Sequence record: ERR1726866.PRJEB4352.408172_marine.metagenome.k127_1756845 | Direction: 5' to 3' (one strand) | Length of the DNA: 22,294 bases | Source of the DNA: a metagenome | Shown: positions 1-22,294 of the stretch, piece by piece | How the letters are laid out: each line of letters opens with the position of its first letter | Numbering within the stretch: the first letter of the stretch is position 1 | The notes under the pieces: generated by a model | Database searches by the model: none | Told to the model about the DNA's origin: nothing | The model's input: only the letters and a program-made list of their open reading frames with translations | Program-made: the position numbers and the translations under genes

Positions 1-1
1 C

Positions 2-649
2 ACCATTGCTGGCTCTTCGAATGTAGTCACCGTACTCGACAGTGGGACGACGTTCGTTTACGTACCGACGGTCATGTTTGAAAGCTTTTACACTCAGCTG
101 GTGACGCAAGTCACAACAAAACATCCAGAGATTGAGCTATTTGAAGATGAAGACATAGCGGCTTACTGTTTCATCCCCAACACAACGGTGTTGACGGCGA
201 ATGTTCGTCGCGAGTGGTTTCCCAAACTGACCATCACGTACGATCCTGATATCAAATTGATTCTCCCTCCTGAGAACTATCTGTATAGTCACCTGTACTT
301 ACCACACACGTTTTGCGTGGGAATTAAGGAATCAGAGGACGACAACATCTTGTTCGGCCAACAAACGTTGAGAAACACGTTTGTCGAGTACGACCTCGAG
401 AACAATCGCGTGGGCATGGTCATCGCGGAGTGTGAGAACCTTCGGAAGAAATTCGCCACTGATACTCCTCATAATCCATGGAGATTTGTCGCCACAGTGT
501 TCATTTTGCTGTTCGCGGCGTGCGTCATTGGCGGTGTATCGTTCTGTTTGTACGTCAAGTTTTGGTCACGAAAGCCGTTCAAGTACCATGTGTTTGCCGA
601 TGAAACACTTGACAAAGAAATAGAAATGGGTGATTTGGCTGACACATAG
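2..649 (+). CDS. Pepsin-like (A1 family) aspartic protease, C-terminal lobe only (5' end cut by window edge), with C-terminal TM anchor
   Basis: The frame of the 74..649 ORF stays open back to nt 2. It translates as TIAGSSNVVTVLDSGTTFVYVP, the second catalytic DSGT motif. ILFGQQTLRNTFVEYDLENNRVGMV matches the conserved C-terminal ILG..F....YD..N.R.G block of A1 proteases. The hydrophobic segment FVATVFILLFAACVIGGVSFCLYV is followed by a short tail and TAG at 647-649. Confidence 0.8.
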   Translation, partial: TIAGSSNVVTVLDSGTTFVYVPTVMFESFYTQLVTQVTTKHPEIELFEDEDIAAYCFIPNTTVLTANVRREWFPKLTITYDPDIKLILPPENYLYSHLYLPHTFCVGIKESEDDNILFGQQTLRNTFVEYDLENNRVGMVIAECENLRKKFATDTPHNPWRFVATVFILLFAACVIGGVSFCLYVKFWSRKPFKYHVFADETLDKEIEMGDLADT

Positions 650-729
650 AAGCGACATGACGAATGAAAAGTGTAACAATTTAAGTTTCCACCGCCTCCA
701 GTCTCGAGACGATGTCACTGAGCCCTCCA

Positions 730-808
730 CAAAAAACGCAAAAAACGCAACGCGCGCGCGACATTCGGACACATGGCGTATACGTGATCAGTGACGACGC
801 AAAAAACG
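730..808. repeat. Three exact copies of CAAAAAACG (730-738, 739-747, 800-808) upstream of the hydrolase ATG
   Basis: Read directly from the sequence. The A-runs stand out against surrounding CG-rich DNA. The copies lie at about -133, -124 and -63 relative to the ATG at 863. Confidence 0.8.
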
Positions 809-829
809 TATCACCGCCGCTCGGCCGCG

Positions 830-12376
<11,547 letters not shown>

Positions 12377-12593
12377 GGGCGGCGAACTCTCGCACAGCTC
12401 AGTGGAACTCGGAACGCATAACGCGGTTTTTTATAGCGTGTGTGTTCGTGCAAACGAGCCCCGGCTGCATGGTGTCTGTTAGAGACCCACATCAGATAGA
12501 AAGCGAATTGTAAGAGAAATTCGATGCGTAAAAACAACTGAGTGGTGATGTTACAATTCAATATTCGCGCGAAACGCGCTGCCGCCGCCCTAA

Positions 12594-14021
<1,428 letters not shown>

Positions 14022-14324
14022 CGCTCAAAAACGCGTTCGACAGGTTAACGAGCCAATTACGTCGCGTTTACGAGGCGCGCGCGCGCGCGAGGGCGTGCGA
14101 ACGGTCCGCGCCGGATCCAACGCGTCCTCGCGAGCGTGTTGGATCGTCCGTGCGCTTCGGCGGACGTCGGCGTCGCCGCGCGCGCTCGTCTGAGGGGGTG
14201 CCCGAGGCGCGCGGTCTGTTTGTTGCCTTGGGCTTCGTTCGGGCTTCGGGACTCGCTCAGACGGGACGGCTTTGAAATCGCTCGAACGAGCGTGGAAGAG
14301 TTCGATTTACAAACGCTTGAATAG

Positions 14325-17351
<3,027 letters not shown>

Positions 17352-17391
17352 TCTGTCGTCGTCGCGCGCCCGTCGCGCGCTGACAATCCGT

Positions 17392-17402
17392 TTTGGCGGG
17401 AA
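17392..17402. promoter_or_regulatory. E2F-like site TTTGGCGGGAA in the RecD2|HU divergent spacer
   Basis: Exact string at 17392-17402. It matches the canonical E2F consensus TTT(C/G)(C/G)CGC / TTTGGCGGGAAA (established knowledge). It lies 41-51 nt from the helicase ATG and about 100 nt from the HU ATG. Function is untested. Confidence 0.3.
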
Positions 17403-17438
17403 CGGCGATCGGAGTCCCTCGCGCTCGGTTCACGAACC

Positions 17439-17987
<549 letters not shown>

Positions 17988-18072
17988 ATGGAATAAGTTT
18001 GTACACGACCGCCGTCGAGCGCGTTTGTTTGTTTTAATGAAGAGAGCAGAAATGTTGCGTACTGCGTGCGCG

Positions 18073-18909
<837 letters not shown>

Positions 18910-19053
18910 GGTTTGACGCCGGCCGCCTAACCGTCTCGGGACGCGCGGGACGCGCGGACGAAGGACGGACGACTGGTTCTATCGTCTCACTACAACAACA
19001 CCGGCTCGCGACGCGCGCTCGAATCGACTCCGTGACGACGGAAACGCCGACCC

Positions 19054-19800
19054 TCACAGCTCGTCCACGGACTTGCCGTCGAGGAATTCGACGACGCGCG
19101 GCACGACGTCGCGCAGCGCGTCCGCCGCCGACGATAAATTTCGCAAAAACTCCTCCTCCGTCGCCTGCGGCCCGTCCACGATGTCCGTGATCGTCTTCAC
19201 CGCGATCACGGGCACGTTAAATAGGTGCGCGACGTGCGCGATCGCCGCCGCCTCCATCTCCTTCACGCTGCACTCGAACTCGTCCAGCAGCGCTCGGCAC
19301 GTCTCCGTGGCGTCCAGAGAGTTCCCCGTGCACACCACCCCGGTCTTGCATCCCAGCGCCTCGATCAACCGCGGCGTCGGCCACGCATCGTACTCACCGA
19401 CGCCGTATTTATCGTATCCAGGGATCGGTATTCGTCGATCGTGATTCTTAAACTTCGTCGCCACGTAGACGTCGCCGACCTCGCCGCCGCGCTTCGCGAA
19501 CCCTCCCGCCGTGCCCGCGTTCACGATCACGTCCGGTCGCAGCGTCGCGCACGTCTCGTACGTCGACAGCGCCGCGCCGACCGTGCCGACGTTGCACACG
19601 TTGTGCCTCGCGCACGACCCCGCGCAGACGACGTCGACGCGCGCGCCCGACTTCAGCGTTCCCGAGTACACGCGCATGGGGACGTCGCCGCCGACGCGCG
19701 CGAACGCGTCGGCGTCGAGCGTCAGCCCGAGGGCGTCGATCAGCGGTCGCGCCTCGGCGTCCATGGCGAACAGCACGGCGATGCGCGCGATCGGCGCCAT
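19054..19800 (-). CDS. MTN: 5'-methylthioadenosine/S-adenosylhomocysteine nucleosidase (plant/bacterial MTN type, PNP_UDP_1 fold)
   Basis: VIVNAGTAGGFAKRGGEVGDVYVATKFKNHDRRIPIPGYDKYGVG closely parallels plant MTN (INAGT.GGF...GDV....HDRRIPIP.FD.YGVG). VKEMEAAAIAHVAH is the conserved E-M-E block. ATG at 19798-19800 on the minus strand. Confidence 0.85.
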   Translation of the reverse strand: MAPIARIAVLFAMDAEARPLIDALGLTLDADAFARVGGDVPMRVYSGTLKSGARVDVVCAGSCARHNVCNVGTVGAALSTYETCATLRPDVIVNAGTAGGFAKRGGEVGDVYVATKFKNHDRRIPIPGYDKYGVGEYDAWPTPRLIEALGCKTGVVCTGNSLDATETCRALLDEFECSVKEMEAAAIAHVAHLFNVPVIAVKTITDIVDGPQATEEEFLRNLSSAADALRDVVPRVVEFLDGKSVDEL

Positions 19801-19943
19801 GGCGTCGTCGTCGAGCGCGGAAGACGACGAGTGCGGACGCGCGACGCGACGCGACGGCGCACCGCGACGCGCGCGCGCGACGGCGACGCGCGGCGATGGG
19901 CGCGACGACGCGCGATCGCGACGCGACGACGCGATAGCGCGAG

Positions 19944-21602
19944 ATGGCGGCGCGCGCGCGCGCGAGCGACGCGAACGCGGACGCGAACGGCGAGGCCGTT
20001 TGGCTCGAGCGCGTCGTCGCGCGCGGCGTGCGACGCGCGCGCGACGCGAGCGGACGCGCGCGCGAGCCGAGACTGCGGGACGTGTGCGCGGCGGTGGACG
20101 AGGAGGTCAGGCGGGCGCGAGGGGCGGACGCGGCGGCGCGAGGGCGCGCGAGGGCGATGGCGTTCGCGCTCGGGCTGGACGTCGAGACGACGTGGGAGGA
20201 AAAGGCGGCGGCGTTGGAGCGCGGCGCGGCGCGGGGGGAGGCGAGGGGGGCGGGCGAATCGGCGACGACGCGCGAGATGAGCTCGATCGAGGCGCTGGTG
20301 GCGGTGGACGACGAGGCGTATTTGGAGACGACGGTGGGCGACGGCGCGCGAGTCGCGACGCCGACGGGAGCGGATTCGGAAGGCGCCACGCTCGACGACG
20401 ACGAGAGCGAGCTCATCGCTCGAGCGTTGTGCGAAATGAACGCCATTAAGCGCGCGTTCGCGGCGTGGAGACGCGAGGCGGTGAAGGAAAAGTATCGGCG
20501 AGCGAGAGAACGCGAAATCGAGTCGTTGTGCGCTTTCTCCACCGGCCGCCGCGCGCGCAAGATGGCTCTGGCGGCGATTGGCGCGTGGCGCACGAATGCG
20601 CGCAAACGTGTGCGATTGCGCGCGTTCGCGGCGAAGCGCGCTCGACGCGAGCTCGCGACCACGGGCCGAGCGGTCGCTCGCGCGTGGGCGCGAATCGCGC
20701 GAGACGACGCGGCGAGACGACTCGAAGCCTTCAGGCAGACTCAAACGCGACGAAACCGTCGAGCGATGCTCGCGGCGTTTAACGCGTGGCGTTCGCGCGC
20801 GAGAGCGCGCGTTGCGCGCGAGAGCGCGGACGTGTGGCGACGAATCAAACTCGAGTCGACGGCGCTGGATACTTGGTCTGCGGTCGCGCGGGCGTGGAAA
20901 TCTGAGCGACGCGCGATCGATGCCGCACGTCTCGCTCGCCAGCGCTACGTCAAACGGTCGGTCACGCGTGTGTGGCGTGTAAGAGTCATTCACGCCGAAC
21001 GTCGCGCCGAACGTGCCGTCGTCGCGGTAAAATTTTCGCGTTGGCGTCGACGAGTGCGAGACGAGAGACGAGAGCGCGAGCGCATGCGATTCGCTTCAAG
21101 CTACGACGACGCGCGTGTCACGGTCGGCGCCTTTGCGCGGTGGTGTGCGGTCGTCTGGGCCGCGAAAGAGCACCGAGCCGAGCTGGCGCGTGCGGCAAAA
21201 TTTCATCGCCTGTCGCTCGCGGCGAGCGCGTTTTACGCCTGGCGAGCGGCGACGAGTCAAGCGAAACGAGAGAACAGGTCACTAAAAACACGCGTATTCG
21301 CGCATTGGAGATCAATGAAGGAACACGCGTCACAACTGAACGCGCGCGCGACGTTTTACCGCGATTCACAAGCGATCACGTTCAGCGACAAGTATCTGGA
21401 CGCGAATTGCTTTGCGATGTGGCGCTCCTTCGTCTTCGCGCAGCGACGACGATACGCCGCAATGGAACTCGCAGATACGTGGCGCGTGAAACGCGCATTC
21501 GCGCCGTGGCGCGCTCGCATCGGCGCGGCGCATTTCAGCGACGACGTCGAAAACACCGCGCCCCCCGTCGCCGTCGGCGAAATCGAGTGGCAACGTTTTT
21601 AA
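19944..21602 (+). CDS. Sfi1-like protein: disordered N-terminus followed by about 13 degenerate (F/L/V)xxW(R/K/S) centrin-binding-type repeats
   Basis: The recurring motif has a spacing of about 23-36 aa. The copies are AFAAWRRE, AIGAWRTN, VARAWARI, AFNAWRSR, ALDTWSAV, VARAWKSE, VTRVWRVR, KFSRWRRR, AFARWCAV, AFYAWRAA, VFAHWRSM, CFAMWRSF and AFAPWRAR. The first Trp codon is at 20466 and the last repeat Trp at 21507. This resembles the Sfi1 consensus A-x7-LL-x3-(F/L)-x2-W-(K/R). Confidence 0.55.
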   Translation: MAARARASDANADANGEAVWLERVVARGVRRARDASGRAREPRLRDVCAAVDEEVRRARGADAAARGRARAMAFALGLDVETTWEEKAAALERGAARGEARGAGESATTREMSSIEALVAVDDEAYLETTVGDGARVATPTGADSEGATLDDDESELIARALCEMNAIKRAFAAWRREAVKEKYRRAREREIESLCAFSTGRRARKMALAAIGAWRTNARKRVRLRAFAAKRARRELATTGRAVARAWARIARDDAARRLEAFRQTQTRRNRRAMLAAFNAWRSRARARVARESADVWRRIKLESTALDTWSAVARAWKSERRAIDAARLARQRYVKRSVTRVWRVRVIHAERRAERAVVAVKFSRWRRRVRDERRERERMRFASSYDDARVTVGAFARWCAVVWAAKEHRAELARAAKFHRLSLAASAFYAWRAATSQAKRENRSLKTRVFAHWRSMKEHASQLNARATFYRDSQAITFSDKYLDANCFAMWRSFVFAQRRRYAAMELADTWRVKRAFAPWRARIGAAHFSDDVENTAPPVAVGEIEWQRF

Positions 21603-21622
21603 CCTTCTCGCTCTCGCAGCCT

Positions 21623-21672
<50 letters not shown>

Positions 21673-21685
21673 TTACAACCCAACC

Positions 21686-22255
21686 CTAGCCCATGGTCGA
21701 CGGATCGTTCATCCCGAGCATGGTTTCGATCGTAAACTTAAAGAACACGTACCCTCCCGCGCCCACCGCGACCACCGCCGCCGCCGTCTGCGGCTTCTTC
21801 AGCAGCGCCGCCACCGGCCTTCCGAACATGTACGCGAATCCGACCATGATGCTGATCGAAAATCGCGCGTACTTGACCATGTTCGCCCAAAACGGCACCT
21901 CCCCGCCCGCGAGCGCGAACAATTCGTTCGGCGTCGTCGTCGCCGCCGCCGCGTTATCCGCGCCGTCCGCCATCGTCCCCGCCATCGCCGCGATCGCGTC
22001 CGCGCCGTCCGCGCATCCGCTCGCGATGACGCACGCCGCGAGCGCCGTGAGCGCCAGCGTTCGATCGCGTCGCGCGTCGTCGCTCTCCCGCGTCGTCGCC
22101 GTCGCGTTCGATCTCTCGTCGCGCCGCATCGTCGTCGTCTCGCGCGTCGTCGCGCCGCGGCGCGTCGCCGTCGCGCGCGCGCGCGTCGCGGACGACGGCG
22201 CGCGCGCGAGCGTCATCGCGCGCGCCATCGGCGTCGCGCGCGCGAGCGTCGGCAT
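21686..22255 (-). CDS. Ycf33-like (DUF751-type) small membrane protein with long plastid-type presequence
   Basis: The C-terminal 70 aa, FWANMVKYARFSISIMVGFAYMFGRPVAALLKKPQTAAAVVAVGAGGYVFFKFTIETMLG, resemble plastid-encoded Ycf33 (FW.N...fPRF.iS...G...........K.....). The N-terminus is rich in Ala, Arg and Thr. The call rests on memory of the family pattern. Confidence 0.45.
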   Translation of the reverse strand: MPTLARATPMARAMTLARAPSSATRARATATRRGATTRETTTMRRDERSNATATTRESDDARRDRTLALTALAACVIASGCADGADAIAAMAGTMADGADNAAAATTTPNELFALAGGEVPFWANMVKYARFSISIMVGFAYMFGRPVAALLKKPQTAAAVVAVGAGGYVFFKFTIETMLGMNDPSTMG

Positions 22256-22294
22256 CGCGTGCGCGCGCGTGTGCGGCGTTCCGCGTCGTCGACG

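Noticed and set aside
12377-12593. Possible C/D-box snoRNA in the AT-richer convergent spacer (TGATGT and CTGA strings on both strands)
   Set aside because: The C-box match is imperfect, I could not find a terminal stem, and no guide complementarity can be assessed by eye. The region is most simply two facing 3'UTRs.
19225-20993. Long ORFs 19225..20280(+), 19448..20662(-), 19511..20449(+) and 19740..20993(-)
   Set aside because: They are out of frame or antisense to the well-supported MTN and Sfi1-like genes. Their composition is dominated by Arg, Ala and Gly with no motifs.

Overview
This is not a prokaryotic locus. It reads as compact, almost intron-free nuclear DNA of a GC-rich green alga. 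The style suggests a picoprasinophyte or Mamiellophyceae such as Micromonas or Ostreococcus, but that is inference and the species cannot be fixed without a database search. I can support 15 protein-coding genes on both strands, with spacers of about 34-350 nt, plus one nuclear-type, intron-containing tRNA-Ala(CGC). In order the genes are: a 5'-truncated pepsin-like aspartic protease, an alpha/beta hydrolase, a 2OG-oxygenase-like protein, a possible mTERF-like protein, a small two-TM protein, a PAO/Tic55-family Rieske oxygenase, NEMF/Rqc2, PAT1, mitochondrial-type PDK, a bacterial RecD2-type helicase, a bacterial HU-type DNA-binding protein, PEX11, a plant-type MTA/SAH nucleosidase, an Sfi1-like repeat protein and a Ycf33-like protein. 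I saw no rRNA, CRISPR array, integrase/transposase or defence-island architecture. Two caveats apply to the ORF track. It uses non-ATG starts (GTG at 791 and 17733, TTG at 2990), which I replaced with the first in-frame ATG. The GC-rich sequence also produces many long Arg/Ala-rich antisense or out-of-frame ORFs, which I reject. The most interesting structure is the head-to-head pair of the RecD2-like helicase and the HU gene. Their ATGs are 152 nt apart, the shared spacer carries an E2F-like TTTGGCGGGAA site, and the HU gene only makes sense with one short spliced intron. Other points worth a look are the Sfi1-type centrin-binding repeat protein, the intron in a tRNA-Ala gene lying between two divergent Pol II genes, GCGAC pentamer arrays in bidirectional spacers, extreme gene packing, and uneven codon composition. 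All functional calls rest on motif recognition by eye. No searches were run.
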